Source: Candidatus Calescamantes bacterium (GTDB taxonomy: Bacteria > CAIJMQ01 > JAADFP01). Taken from it: a stretch of 64,000 nucleotides of DNA. The notes below the pieces were generated by a model that ran no database searches, was not told the DNA's origin, and worked only from the letters and a program-made list of their open reading frames with translations. This document shows, piece after piece, positions 8,761 through 18,213 of this stretch. The stretch covers positions 1,533 to 65,532 of the forward strand of contig JAGGYA010000016.1 of the NCBI GenBank assembly GCA_021162785.1, in the 5' to 3' direction. Position 1 is the first letter of the stretch. Each line of letters starts with the position of its first letter. The position numbers and the translations under genes were made by a program.

Positions 8761-9374
8761 GGAATTACTTCCCTTTCTATAATTTCTTTTACTTTTTCAA
8801 ACACCTTCTCAATCCCAGTTTCTACTTCTATTATCCTAACCCTCTCTGGAAAAGAACAAGCAATTCTATGATAACCTTCCCGGACTCTTGCATGGAAATC
8901 CTTAGGTTCTCTTTCCATCCTATCTTTCCCTTCTTTAAGAAAACCAAGGGGTGAGGAAGAAAGGAGAATCAAAGTAAGATTAGGCAAAATTCCCTCCACT
9001 ACTTTATAATTAAGCTCTTCAAGCCATTTAATATCCAAACCCCGACCATATCCTTGATAAGCTATGGTAGAGTCAATGTATCTATCTAATATTACAACTT
9101 TTCCTTTTTCTAAATCAGGAATAATTCTCTTTTTTATCAGTTCTCTACGCGAGGCCAGATAGAGAAAGGCTTCCGTCAGGGAATCTAATTCCTGCTTTAA
9201 AAGGATCTGGCGTATTTTTTCCGATACGGGAGTACTACCTGGTTCACGATAAAGAGAGACAGGATAGCCTTTCTCTTCCAGATAATTTTTAACCATAAAA
9301 GCAATAGTAGTCTTACCAGTCCCTTCCGTTCCTTCAATACTTAACAAATACCCTTTTCTTTTAGTTTTTCCCAA
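8742..9374 (-). CDS. tmk: Thymidylate kinase
   Basis: P-loop IEGTEGTGKTT, a DRY-type motif (LDRYIDSTIAYQG) and a lid region. Confidence 0.92.
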   Translation of the reverse strand: MGKTKRKGYLLSIEGTEGTGKTTIAFMVKNYLEEKGYPVSLYREPGSTPVSEKIRQILLKQELDSLTEAFLYLASRRELIKKRIIPDLEKGKVVILDRYIDSTIAYQGYGRGLDIKWLEELNYKVVEGILPNLTLILLSSSPLGFLKEGKDRMEREPKDFHARVREGYHRIACSFPERVRIIEVETGIEKVFEKVKEIIEREVIPCLSRI

Positions 9375-10399
9375 AGTTTCTCCTCCCCTTCATAAAATTT
9401 CATTTTTACTTCTAAAAAATATATGGGAAAACTTTTTTTGATACTCTCCGGAATTTTCAAATAATCCTTTTCTGTAGTAATTATGATCTTCTTCTTCACC
9501 GTATTCTTCAATAACGTCTCAATCTCCTTTTCATGGAAAGGGTAGTGATCTGGGAATCTCAATCTTTTTTCAATTTTTGCTCCCAATCTCTCCAATGTTT
9601 CTTCAAAATATTCAGGATCACCAATGGCACAGAGAGAAATTATTTCTCTATCATAAAGAAAGGACAAATCAATTTTTTCTTTACCTTTCCAGAGACACTG
9701 AGGAGAATGGTATGACCATAAAAAGGGAATGTGGGGAAATTTCTTTTTTAAGAATGCTATGGTTTCCCGATCTATGGATAAAGAGTCAAATTTAGTGATT
9801 ACCACTAAATCCGCTCTCTTTATGGATCTCCAAGAATCTCGAAGATAACCATAAGGAATAAAATATCCATCCCCAAAAGGCTTTCGTGCATCAATCAATA
9901 AAATCTCCATATCTTTTTCAATCCCTCGATATTGAAAGCCATCATCCAAAATGATAATCTTTGTATCAAATAAATTTTCCAATAGCTCAATAACTGCCAA
10001 TCTATTCTTACCAAAACCTATGGGAACTCCCTTAACTTTTTTTGCCAGTAATTCTGTTTCATCTCCTCCTTCTTTCCAGCTAAAATACCTTCTTCTACCA
10101 TCTGTAAATATCCCTATTCTCTTGCTCCCACCGTATCCAGAAGTTACCAAGCCCAACCCTTGGACTTTCCCTTTCAGCAAATTTACTAAATACTCAACAA
10201 AGGGAGTTTTCCCTGTGCCGCCACACACAATATTCCCCACACTTATTACTTTCACATTAAGTTTTTTACTTTGCACGGGGAAAAGCTTAGTCAATGGGTA
10301 AAGTCTGCTGAGGAATTTTAAAAAGTGAGAAAAAAGTAAATGTTCTTTAATTTGGAGAAGTGCATAAGAGAGAAGTAACTCCCAGTTAGCATCTTTCAT
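9341..10399 (-). CDS. lpxK: Tetraacyldisaccharide 4'-kinase
   Basis: VISVGNIVCGGTGKTP P-loop context and DDGFQ motif characteristic of LpxK. Confidence 0.88.
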   Translation of the reverse strand: MKDANWELLLSYALLQIKEHLLFSHFLKFLSRLYPLTKLFPVQSKKLNVKVISVGNIVCGGTGKTPFVEYLVNLLKGKVQGLGLVTSGYGGSKRIGIFTDGRRRYFSWKEGGDETELLAKKVKGVPIGFGKNRLAVIELLENLFDTKIIILDDGFQYRGIEKDMEILLIDARKPFGDGYFIPYGYLRDSWRSIKRADLVVITKFDSLSIDRETIAFLKKKFPHIPFLWSYHSPQCLWKGKEKIDLSFLYDREIISLCAIGDPEYFEETLERLGAKIEKRLRFPDHYPFHEKEIETLLKNTVKKKIIITTEKDYLKIPESIKKSFPIYFLEVKMKFYEGEEKLWEKLKEKGIC

Positions 10400-10734
10400 T
10401 ATTTATCTAAATCCTCCAAGAGTTCCATTACCCGAGTAATTTCTTCCCATTCTTCATCATAAAGGAAGGTAAGGTGGGGTGAAAATTTTAAATTGAGTCT
10501 TTTGGCAATTTCTCTCCGTAAAAAGGGGGTGGCTGATCTTGCCCCTTCCAGTCCTTCTTTTTCTCTACCTGCAAAAGTAAGATAAATTGTGGCGTATCGG
10601 AGATCCGGAGAAACTTTCACCCGTGTAACCGTGCAAAAACCTATTCGCGGATCTTTCACTTCCTTAAGTAAGAGTTCACTAATTTCTCTTCTTATACTTT
10701 CTCCCACCCTCAAAGCTCTTCTTTTTTTGTTCAT
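10399..10734 (-). CDS. rbfA: Ribosome-binding factor A
   Basis: 111 aa with R..RV...I..E(I/L)..LL...(K/R)DPR and VT.V.VS.DL..A.IY motifs. It sits in the infB-rbfA context. Confidence 0.92.
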   Translation of the reverse strand: MNKKRRALRVGESIRREISELLLKEVKDPRIGFCTVTRVKVSPDLRYATIYLTFAGREKEGLEGARSATPFLRREIAKRLNLKFSPHLTFLYDEEWEEITRVMELLEDLDK

Positions 10735-11012
10735 AAGAGCTCCTTTTGGTAATCAATAACCTCCAGTTTCTTGGAGAAACCGTTCCACTTAACGATTTCC
10801 TCAAGAACCCTCTCCACCTGTTTTCTTGAGCTGTTAACATAAACCACAGCCACAATGGATTCATCCCAGGAGTTTTGAAGTCCCAACTCACAGGTGCTTA
10901 CATTGAATTTTTTCCTTATTCTTTCCTGGTATCCTTTAAGGACCTGCCTTTTCTCCTTTAGACTTCTCGATTCAGGGAAATACAAATGTATTCTCAAAGT
11001 TCCAATTACCAT
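10731..11012 (-). CDS. DUF503-family protein (YlxP-like)
   Basis: MVIGTLRIHLYFPESRSLKEKRQV... is the typical DUF503 N-terminus. It lies between infB and rbfA as in many genomes. I prefer the start at 11012 over the ORF-track start at 11045, which overlaps infB. Confidence 0.8.
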   Translation of the reverse strand: MVIGTLRIHLYFPESRSLKEKRQVLKGYQERIRKKFNVSTCELGLQNSWDESIVAVVYVNSSRKQVERVLEEIVKWNGFSKKLEVIDYQKELL

Positions 11013-11023
11013 TTTAGAGGTCT

Positions 11024-12727
11024 TCAACGGGGTCTTTCTCTCCACTCAAAGACTTCTATAACATCACCTTCCTGAAAATCTGTAAAATCTTCAAATCCTA
11101 TCCCACATTCATATCCTTCGCTAACCTCTTTCACATCATCTTTAAAGCGTTTAAGAGAGGAGAGAACCCCCTCAAATATTACCTCCTCCCCTCGTTTAAT
11201 CCTGCATTCTGCTCCTCTTTTAACTTTCCCTGAAAGCACATAACAACCTGCCACCTTTCCCCACTTTGGGACCTGAAATACCCGTCTTATTTCTGCCTCT
11301 CCTATCTTCACCTGTTCTAAAGCAGGTGCTTTTAGAGAATTGATGAATTTCTCTGTCTCCTGGATAGCATCGTAAATTAAGCGATAAATATTTATTTTTA
11401 CCCCATAGGTCCGGGAGATCGACTCTACTTCATTTTCTTTACCCACATTAAACCCAATAATAATTCCTCGAGCGGTATAGGCTAAAAGAACATCAGACCT
11501 GTTCACATTCCCCACTCCCTCATGGATGCACTTAATTTTAATTTCTTCATTGCTTAATTTTTCTATGGAACTTCGAAGTGCTTCTACTGAACCTTGCGTG
11601 TCTCCTTTTATTATCACAGGAACTTCTTTAACTTCCTTCCCTTCTAACTTTTCTTTTATTAATTCCCAAGAAAGGGTTGGAGATCTCTGCATCCGTTTTG
11701 TCTTTCTAATTCTTTCTTCCGCTATTTTTTTGGCCTCTCTTTCGTTCTTCACCACTTCTAAAGTATCACCCGCTTGAGGGAGGGACTCAAAACCTAAGAC
11801 TTCCACAGGAGTAGATGGCGGAGCTTCTTTTAATGTTTCCCCTTTATAATTTTTCATCCGTCTAACCTTTCCCCAAGTAAGTCCAGCAATAAAGGGTTGT
11901 CCTGCTTTAAGTGTCCCTTCTTTAACAATAACCGTTCCACACGGCCCTTCCCCTTTAGAAACCCTTGTTTCAATGATCACAGCCTTTGCAGGAACATTGG
12001 GATCCGCTTTCAATTCCAGAAGTTCCGCCTGGAGGAGTATGTTTTCTAACAAATCCTCAATGCCTATCTTCTTCAAGGCAGAAATCTCCGAGACCAATAC
12101 ATCACCCCCCATTTCTTCTGGTATTAACCCATACTCCATAAGTTGGGTTTTCACCTTCTGGGGATTAGCGTTAGGTTTATCAATTTTATTGATAGCCACT
12201 ACAATAGGTGTCCCAGCATTTTTAGCATGATTGATAGCTTCTACAGTTTGGGGTTGAACCCCATCATCTGCTGCAATTACCAGAACCACTATATCTGTCA
12301 CCTGAGCACCTCTTGCACGAAGGGTAGTAAATGCTTCATGGCCAGGAGTATCAATAAAAGTAATTTTGCCCTGAGGTAATTCTACCTGATAAGCTCCTAT
12401 GTGTTGTGTAATTTCGCCATATTCTTGTGCAACAAAATTTGTTTTCCTTATTGCATCCAGTAAAGTGGTTTTCCCATGATCTACATGTCCCATTACAGTA
12501 ACCACAGGTGGCCGAGGGAGGAGTCTATCTTTGCTTTCTTTCTTCTCTTTTTCCTTGCTTTTTTCTTTTTCTCCTAAATAAAGCTCTTTAATCAGTTCAT
12601 ACTCCTCTTCAGAAAGAGTACTGGCATGACTTTTAACATCAATATCTAATTCCTTTAACTCTTTCAAAAGCTCCTGAGAAGAAATATTTAATTCCTTTGC
12701 TATCTCATAAATTCTTTTCTTACCCAA
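11024..12727 (-). CDS. infB: Translation initiation factor IF-2 (short form)
   Basis: IF2_N helix (IYEIAKELN), a short K/E linker, a G domain (GHVDHGKTT, DTPGH, NKID) and the C-terminal domains. 567 aa. Confidence 0.95.
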   Translation of the reverse strand: MGKKRIYEIAKELNISSQELLKELKELDIDVKSHASTLSEEEYELIKELYLGEKEKSKEKEKKESKDRLLPRPPVVTVMGHVDHGKTTLLDAIRKTNFVAQEYGEITQHIGAYQVELPQGKITFIDTPGHEAFTTLRARGAQVTDIVVLVIAADDGVQPQTVEAINHAKNAGTPIVVAINKIDKPNANPQKVKTQLMEYGLIPEEMGGDVLVSEISALKKIGIEDLLENILLQAELLELKADPNVPAKAVIIETRVSKGEGPCGTVIVKEGTLKAGQPFIAGLTWGKVRRMKNYKGETLKEAPPSTPVEVLGFESLPQAGDTLEVVKNEREAKKIAEERIRKTKRMQRSPTLSWELIKEKLEGKEVKEVPVIIKGDTQGSVEALRSSIEKLSNEEIKIKCIHEGVGNVNRSDVLLAYTARGIIIGFNVGKENEVESISRTYGVKINIYRLIYDAIQETEKFINSLKAPALEQVKIGEAEIRRVFQVPKWGKVAGCYVLSGKVKRGAECRIKRGEEVIFEGVLSSLKRFKDDVKEVSEGYECGIGFEDFTDFQEGDVIEVFEWRERPR

Positions 12728-13883
12728 TTTTCACTCCTTCCTTTTTTAACATTTCGCGAGCCATTTTCACAATCTTCTGAGCTTCTTCTGTGTTAATCTG
12801 GAGTAACTTCTCTAATTCATCCCGAGGTACTCGACAAATGTCTTCCAAAGTGAAAAATCCTGCTTGAATGAGTTTTTTAGCCTTATCTTCATCAATCCCA
12901 GGTAAAGAAGTAAATTCCTTTATCTTCTCCTCCTCGCTTATTTTCTTCTCCCGTAAAGCCTGTGATACAGGTCTTACATCAATGTTCCAACCCGTGAGTC
13001 TGGCAGCAAGACTTACATTTTGCCCTTTCTTTCCTATGGCTAAGGATAATTGATCATCCTTAACAATTACTCTTGCTCGTTTATTTTCAGGGTAAATCTC
13101 TATCTCCTCCACTTCCGCTGGAGCTAAAGCACGGGCAATGAATTCTTTTATGTCATCGGAATAAGGAATAATATCTATCTTTTCTCCTCGAAGTTCATGA
13201 AGGACAGGTTTAATACGGGTTCCTTTAATTCCAATAAGGGCACCAATTGAATCTATCTCTTTTCGACTGCTCTCCACCGCAACTTTGGAACGATAACCCG
13301 GCTCCCTTACAACATTTTTAATTTTTACAGTCCCTTCTTTTAATTCCGGAACCTCCTCCAAAAGAAGTTTCTCCAGGAATTGAGGATGCGTACGAGATAA
13401 AAGGACAGGATATTCAGCATTTTTATCTACCTCCAACACTAAAGCCTTTACCTTCTCCCCTCGATAAAATTCATCTTGAGGCAAAGTCTCTCGATAAGGT
13501 AGCCTCACCTCCATACCCTCCACTTCCAAAATATAATCTCTGCCTTCCCGTCTATCTACTATCCCCCAGACTATCTCTCCTTTCCTTTTGGCAAACTTTT
13601 CAGCCAATAGACTCTTCTCTTCTTCTCTTATCTTCTGAGCTATAATTTGTCGTGCACGGAAGGCCACTATCCTTCCCAATTGTTGTGTAGATAACCTTTT
13701 GTTGTTCACAAATATCAAAAACTCACCTTTCTCTTCATCGAATTCCACCTTTATATTCTTCTGGCCAAACTTCCTCTCTGCAGCCACTTTCAAAGCAGAT
13801 ACAAGAACCTCTATTATCCTCCTCCTGGGAAGCCCAGTCTCCTTCTCCAATCTTTCCAGTAAACTTATAAGTTCTTCCCTCAT
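12720..13883 (-). CDS. nusA: Transcription termination/antitermination factor NusA
   Basis: N-terminal domain, S1 domain, two KH domains (GxxG: IGIKG, IGKKGQN) and a C-terminal HhH region. Confidence 0.95.
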   Translation of the reverse strand: MREELISLLERLEKETGLPRRRIIEVLVSALKVAAERKFGQKNIKVEFDEEKGEFLIFVNNKRLSTQQLGRIVAFRARQIIAQKIREEEKSLLAEKFAKRKGEIVWGIVDRREGRDYILEVEGMEVRLPYRETLPQDEFYRGEKVKALVLEVDKNAEYPVLLSRTHPQFLEKLLLEEVPELKEGTVKIKNVVREPGYRSKVAVESSRKEIDSIGALIGIKGTRIKPVLHELRGEKIDIIPYSDDIKEFIARALAPAEVEEIEIYPENKRARVIVKDDQLSLAIGKKGQNVSLAARLTGWNIDVRPVSQALREKKISEEEKIKEFTSLPGIDEDKAKKLIQAGFFTLEDICRVPRDELEKLLQINTEEAQKIVKMAREMLKKEGVKIG

Positions 13884-13902
13884 CTCTCCCTCTCAAAAAA
13901 TT

Positions 13903-13931
13903 AGTATAACAGAGGGAGTGAGTATATTCAA
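13903..13931 (-). promoter_or_regulatory. Sigma-70-type promoter for nusA-infB
   Basis: On the minus strand: TTGAAT (13931-13926), a 17-nt spacer, TATACT (13908-13903), then a 19-nt leader containing GAGGGAGAG before the nusA ATG. Confidence 0.5.
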
Positions 13932-13981
13932 TAAAGAGAAACCCCCAACCTCCCTACGAAATTACTTAGAAGAACGATCTA

Positions 13982-15262
13982 TTATTCTAAGTGACCTCTA
14001 AGTTTTTTACTTCTGGCAGGGTGCCTTAGCTTCTTGAGGGCTTTTGCTTCAATTTGTCTTACGCGTTCTCGGGTAACATTGAATTTTTTTCCCACTTCTT
14101 CTAAGGTATGAGGAGTAGTCTCCCCTATACCAAATCTTAATTTTAAGATATCCCTCTCCCTTTCTGGAAGAGTCTCTAATACTTCTTCAATCTGTTCTTT
14201 TAACATCTGGAAGGCTGCTGAATCCAGAGGTTGTTCTGCTGTTTCATCTTCAATAAAATCTCCGAAATGAGTATCCTCATCGGAACCAACCGGTGTCTCA
14301 AGTGAAATAGGATGCTGAGATATTTTAAGGATCCCTCTCACCTTTTCTACTGGTAAATTCATCAGCTTAGCTAACTCCTCTGCAGTAGGTTCCCTGCCAT
14401 GTTCTTGAACAAAATTTTGAGATACTTTAAGCAGTTTGTTTATGGTTTCTATCATATGCACAGGAATTCTAATGGTGCGTGCCTGGTCAGCAATGGCACG
14501 GGTTATTGCTTGTCTTATCCACCAAGTAGCGTATGTGGAAAACTTAAATCCCCTTTTATATTCAAACTTTTCTACTGCTCTCATCAAACCAATATTCCCC
14601 TCTTGGATAAGGTCTAAAAAGGAAAGTCCTCTATTTATGTATTTTTTGGCAATGCTGACTACCAATCGAAGATTAGATTCTATCATTTTCTTTTTAGCTT
14701 GCTCCACTTTTGATTCTGCTTCTTCTATTTGGGGAAGGAGTTCTTCAAACTTTTTCCAGTCCACTGGATAAGGCAATTCCTCTCCCTTAGGGAAAGGAGA
14801 TTCGGTACGGGTTTTATACACTCTTTTTACTTCTTTAACAATATCTGTGATTTTTTTCTCCTCCAATAATTCCTTTAATTTATCTCTTGGTATTATCTCG
14901 CGAAAGAGCTTCTTTAATGCTTCCCTTCCTTCCTCGATGGCTTTAGAGAGAGAAATTTCCTCTTCTCGAGTAAGCAAAGGGATTTTACCCATTTGATAGA
15001 GATAAGAACGAACAGCATCGTATTCACGAGGTCTTTCCGCTTCAAGTGCTTTTGTGGGAGAAGGCCTACTTCGAAGAGCAAGTTCCTTAGGGGAGGAAAC
15101 AATTGGTATATCTAACTCACCTAAGGTGGTAAGAACCTGATCTATATCTTCCGGTGAACTTACCTCTTCAGGTAAAAGGTCATTAATTTCATCATAGGTA
15201 AGATGACCTTTTTTCTTTCCCTCAGTCACTAACTTCTTTATTTTTTGATCCAGATTTTTCAT
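13982..15262 (-). CDS. rpoD: RNA polymerase sigma factor RpoD
   Basis: Regions 1.2-4.2 are present ([40 protein letters not shown], the region 4 HTH). It sits in the dnaG-rpoD order. Confidence 0.96.
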   Translation of the reverse strand: MKNLDQKIKKLVTEGKKKGHLTYDEINDLLPEEVSSPEDIDQVLTTLGELDIPIVSSPKELALRSRPSPTKALEAERPREYDAVRSYLYQMGKIPLLTREEEISLSKAIEEGREALKKLFREIIPRDKLKELLEEKKITDIVKEVKRVYKTRTESPFPKGEELPYPVDWKKFEELLPQIEEAESKVEQAKKKMIESNLRLVVSIAKKYINRGLSFLDLIQEGNIGLMRAVEKFEYKRGFKFSTYATWWIRQAITRAIADQARTIRIPVHMIETINKLLKVSQNFVQEHGREPTAEELAKLMNLPVEKVRGILKISQHPISLETPVGSDEDTHFGDFIEDETAEQPLDSAAFQMLKEQIEEVLETLPERERDILKLRFGIGETTPHTLEEVGKKFNVTRERVRQIEAKALKKLRHPARSKKLRGHLE

Positions 15263-15275
15263 ACCTATGATTATA

Positions 15276-16928
15276 TCATACTCTTCTTCTTTTCAATTCA
15301 TCCAGCCTTTTCAAAGTTTCCACCACCTTTTCCCATTTCCCTTCTTTTTCCAAATGGGATATTTCCATCTTCAACCTACCTATCTCTCGTTGCTTTAGTT
15401 TCTCTATGCAATCATTTGCTTCTTTTAAAGGGTCTTTGTGGGGTATTTCTTTCATCAACACTCCTGAAAGAACTCTTTTCTCCTCTTCACTCAATTTCTC
15501 AAAAAAATTAGGTATGTTAATCTCTTCTTCTACCTCACCTAACTTCTCAATAATCCCTTTTATAGTGGAATCTGAAATTAACTCCATAGGTAACTTAGAG
15601 ATTATATTTTGCCTTTCCTCAGGAAAGTTAAGGAGAAGGGAAAGAAGGTGTATTTCCGAAGAAGGTGGTAATTGCTGAACATTGGGGAGATAAAATTTCC
15701 TCTTTTTTCTATAACTAACCCACATATCTTTCACTGTTTGAAGAGATAGGGAAAGTAAGTGGGCAGATTTCTCTAAGAATTCATCTCTTCTCCAAATTTC
15801 TTTCATTTCCTCCCAGGCTTGAAAACATTTTTCTAATATTCGCGTTAAATTCCTTTCTTCTATCTTTTGCAACTTACTTAAATAAAATTCCAACCCATCT
15901 TCACTCTGAGAAATCATTCTATCCATCCCTTCTTTGCCTCTTTCTTTTACAAAGGAATCGGGATCATACCCTTGAGGCAATACCACTACCCGAGGCACCA
16001 CCCCGGCTTTCCAAAACATTTCAATAGCCCTTAATGTTGCTTTCTCTCCCGCTTCATCCGGATCAAAAAGCAAATTCACTTTTTCAGCATATCTGGAAAT
16101 TAACAACGCCTGGTTTTCTGTAAGGGAAGTACCCAAACAAGCACAGATATTTTCATATCCTTCCTGAAAGAGAGAAAGGAAGTCCATATATCCCTCCACC
16201 AAGATGGCTTCTTTCTTCTTCATCATCTCTTGTTTAGCGAAATTTAGGCCATAGAGAATTCTACCCTTTTGGAAAATAGGAGTATCAGGGGAGTTAAGAT
16301 ACTTAGGCTCTATTTCTTCCAGTGTCCTTCCTCCAAAAGCTATAATTTTACCTGTTAAACTAAATATCGGGAAAATGACCCTATTTCGAAAATAGGGATA
16401 AATTTCCTTTTCTCTCTCTAAAGCAAGGCCTCCCTTTATAAGATCCTGTGAGGAGAAATCCTCCAATTCTTTCAACCAGTTAACAGGAGGTGCATATCCC
16501 AACTTAAATCTTTCACTTATCTCCAAACTTACCCCTCTCTTTTCCAAGTATTCAAAAGCGGATTTACCTTCCGGTTTAAGGAGAAATTTTCGGAAAACTA
16601 TGGAGGCTTTCTCCATTAAAGAATAGAGAGTATTTTCTCCTTTCCACTCCTTTAAACTAATTCCCAGTTTTTCTGCTAATATTCTAACTGCTTCTTTCCA
16701 TTCCACCTTTTCTTCCAACATTATGAAGTTAATTACATTCCCCCCTACTCCACACCCAAAACAATGAAAAATCTGCTTTTCCGGAGAAACAGTAAAAGAA
16801 GGGTTTCTTTCGGGGTGGAAAGGACAATGGGTCCGATAGTTTTTCCCGGCTTTTTTCAGAGGGTAATAAGAAGAGATTATTTCTACTATATCTGCACGAG
16901 AAAGTATTTCCTCAACTATAGAGGACAT
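15276..16928 (-). CDS. dnaG: DNA primase
   Basis: Zinc-binding [13 protein letters not shown]...FHCFGCG, a TOPRIM domain (VEGYMD...DPDEAG) and a C-terminal helical domain. Confidence 0.95.
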   Translation of the reverse strand: MSSIVEEILSRADIVEIISSYYPLKKAGKNYRTHCPFHPERNPSFTVSPEKQIFHCFGCGVGGNVINFIMLEEKVEWKEAVRILAEKLGISLKEWKGENTLYSLMEKASIVFRKFLLKPEGKSAFEYLEKRGVSLEISERFKLGYAPPVNWLKELEDFSSQDLIKGGLALEREKEIYPYFRNRVIFPIFSLTGKIIAFGGRTLEEIEPKYLNSPDTPIFQKGRILYGLNFAKQEMMKKKEAILVEGYMDFLSLFQEGYENICACLGTSLTENQALLISRYAEKVNLLFDPDEAGEKATLRAIEMFWKAGVVPRVVVLPQGYDPDSFVKERGKEGMDRMISQSEDGLEFYLSKLQKIEERNLTRILEKCFQAWEEMKEIWRRDEFLEKSAHLLSLSLQTVKDMWVSYRKKRKFYLPNVQQLPPSSEIHLLSLLLNFPEERQNIISKLPMELISDSTIKGIIEKLGEVEEEINIPNFFEKLSEEEKRVLSGVLMKEIPHKDPLKEANDCIEKLKQREIGRLKMEISHLEKEGKWEKVVETLKRLDELKRRRV

Positions 16929-16929
16929 T

Positions 16930-17763
16930 CTAAACTTCCTGCAATTGGGAGAAAAGAAGCTCTATTCCCCTCTCCCAATTATATCGAGGGGACCATTTAA
17001 GAAGTAAACGCATTTTTACAGGCGATAAAATTATCTCAGGGAAAGGAGGATTTAAGGAAAAGTAGGAAAAATTGCCCGGTTTCTTCCCACTTAAACTTAA
17101 AATTTTCTTCACTATCTCTCTTACACCCACACCTTTACCAGAGGAGATATTTATTATTTCCCCTTTAATTTTCTCAAATGTCTCCAAGGCCTTTTTAAGA
17201 CCCTGAAGTAAATCTTGAATGTAAAGTAAATCTACCATGATATCCTTTTCATACAGAGGTATTTCTTCACCCTTTACTCCCTTCTTACACAAATCTCCAA
17301 TTATCCCAGAAATTTTGGGGCCAAATACTTCACCACTGCGAAAAATTGTATAAGAGAAACCCTTTTGAAAAGAGAAAAATCTTACCATCTCCTCTGTAAA
17401 CAATTCCTCCCATCCTCTTTTACTTACCGGAGAAGGGAGGTAATCTTCAGTCACCGGGTTAAATTGGGGGATACCATATACATGGTAGGAAGTTAATAAC
17501 AGAATCTCTTTTCCTTTGAGAGAGGGACTCTCAAGTAAAAATTTAACTTTTTCCCATTTACCTTCTGGAAAAAGTATAAGGACTCTCTCTATGTTTTGAA
17601 GCAAATCACCAAGTAAAGGAGACTGAAGAAGACTCTCTCCCCAGCAATAAGTATTTTGAGTAGTGAGACCACCTCCAATTAAATGAACCTCTTCGCCTTC
17701 CTCCACCAGATACTCACCCATTCTGGTTATCAAACTCTTTTCTCCCAATAAAAGGTATCTCAT
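16930..17763 (-). CDS. Degenerate NAD-dependent epimerase/dehydratase-fold protein (probably non-catalytic)
   Basis: Extended-SDR landmarks are retained (TSYHVYG, FRSGEVFGP, VDLLYIQD, NISSGKG). The N-terminal GxxGxxG loop is replaced by LGEKSLITRMG, and no YxxxK is seen where it is expected (PSPVSKRGWEE). Confidence 0.55.
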   Translation of the reverse strand: MRYLLLGEKSLITRMGEYLVEEGEEVHLIGGGLTTQNTYCWGESLLQSPLLGDLLQNIERVLILFPEGKWEKVKFLLESPSLKGKEILLLTSYHVYGIPQFNPVTEDYLPSPVSKRGWEELFTEEMVRFFSFQKGFSYTIFRSGEVFGPKISGIIGDLCKKGVKGEEIPLYEKDIMVDLLYIQDLLQGLKKALETFEKIKGEIINISSGKGVGVREIVKKILSLSGKKPGNFSYFSLNPPFPEIILSPVKMRLLLKWSPRYNWERGIELLFSQLQEV

Positions 17764-17948
17764 TTCTTTTTGCTTTTGAAATGGGTTAAGCCTAATTTCA
17801 AAAATTCTGTAGCATCCCGAGAAATTTTATCCAGTTTCTTCATAATTTTTGACATTCTAATGTCCAAAATAATGATCAATAAGAGAAGCAGAAAACCAAC
17901 AACACTCACCATAGCCACCAGATAAATTTCATATCCTTCTCTTAACAT
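17760..17948 (-). CDS. Small single-pass membrane protein (62 aa)
   Basis: The TM segment is YLVAMVSVVGFLLLLLIIIL, followed by a K-rich tail. I chose the start at 17948 because GGAGGTG lies 6 nt upstream. The ORF-track start at 17978 has no SD and collides with the divergent ATG. Its stop overlaps the next gene's start by 4 nt. Confidence 0.5.
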   Translation of the reverse strand: MLREGYEIYLVAMVSVVGFLLLLLIIILDIRMSKIMKKLDKISRDATEFLKLGLTHFKSKKK

Positions 17949-17965
17949 TTTATTCACCTCCAGGT

Positions 17966-17971
17966 TATAAT
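17966..17971 (+). promoter_or_regulatory. -10 hexamer TATAAT 5 nt upstream of the ATG at 17977
   Basis: ggtTATAATataccATG. The hexamer is consensus, and the spacing predicts a leaderless transcript. Confidence 0.35.
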
Positions 17972-17976
17972 ATACC

Positions 17977-18213
17977 ATGATAAAAATTAATTTCTCTTTA
18001 CTGATCTTCCTTTATCTTTTCCCATGGTTAGCTATTTTAGTATATTTCTGGATAAAATCAGAAATTAACCGTAAAACCACAAAACTCCCTCCTCTTAAAT
18101 CCTTCATCATAAAATGTCCCATCTGCACCTTTGAGTACCTCCATCCAGCGGATAAGGAATACTCCCGATGTCCACGATGTGGGAGCCTTAACTCAAGAGG
18201 TCCTTCCGAATAA
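17977..18213 (+). CDS. Small membrane-anchored zinc-ribbon protein (78 aa)
   Basis: N-terminal TM (LLIFLYLFPWLAILVYFWI), then CPICTFEY...CPRCGSLN. It is embedded between minus-strand genes and overlaps the 3' end of the ppiD-like gene by 26 nt. Confidence 0.45.
   Translation: MIKINFSLLIFLYLFPWLAILVYFWIKSEINRKTTKLPPLKSFIIKCPICTFEYLHPADKEYSRCPRCGSLNSRGPSE

Noticed and set aside
17976-17979. Divergent ORF-track start codons sharing a CATG (17978 minus / 17977 plus).
   Set aside because: The minus-strand gene has a much better start at 17948, preceded by GGAGGTG. The apparent start-codon overlap is therefore an ORF-calling artefact.
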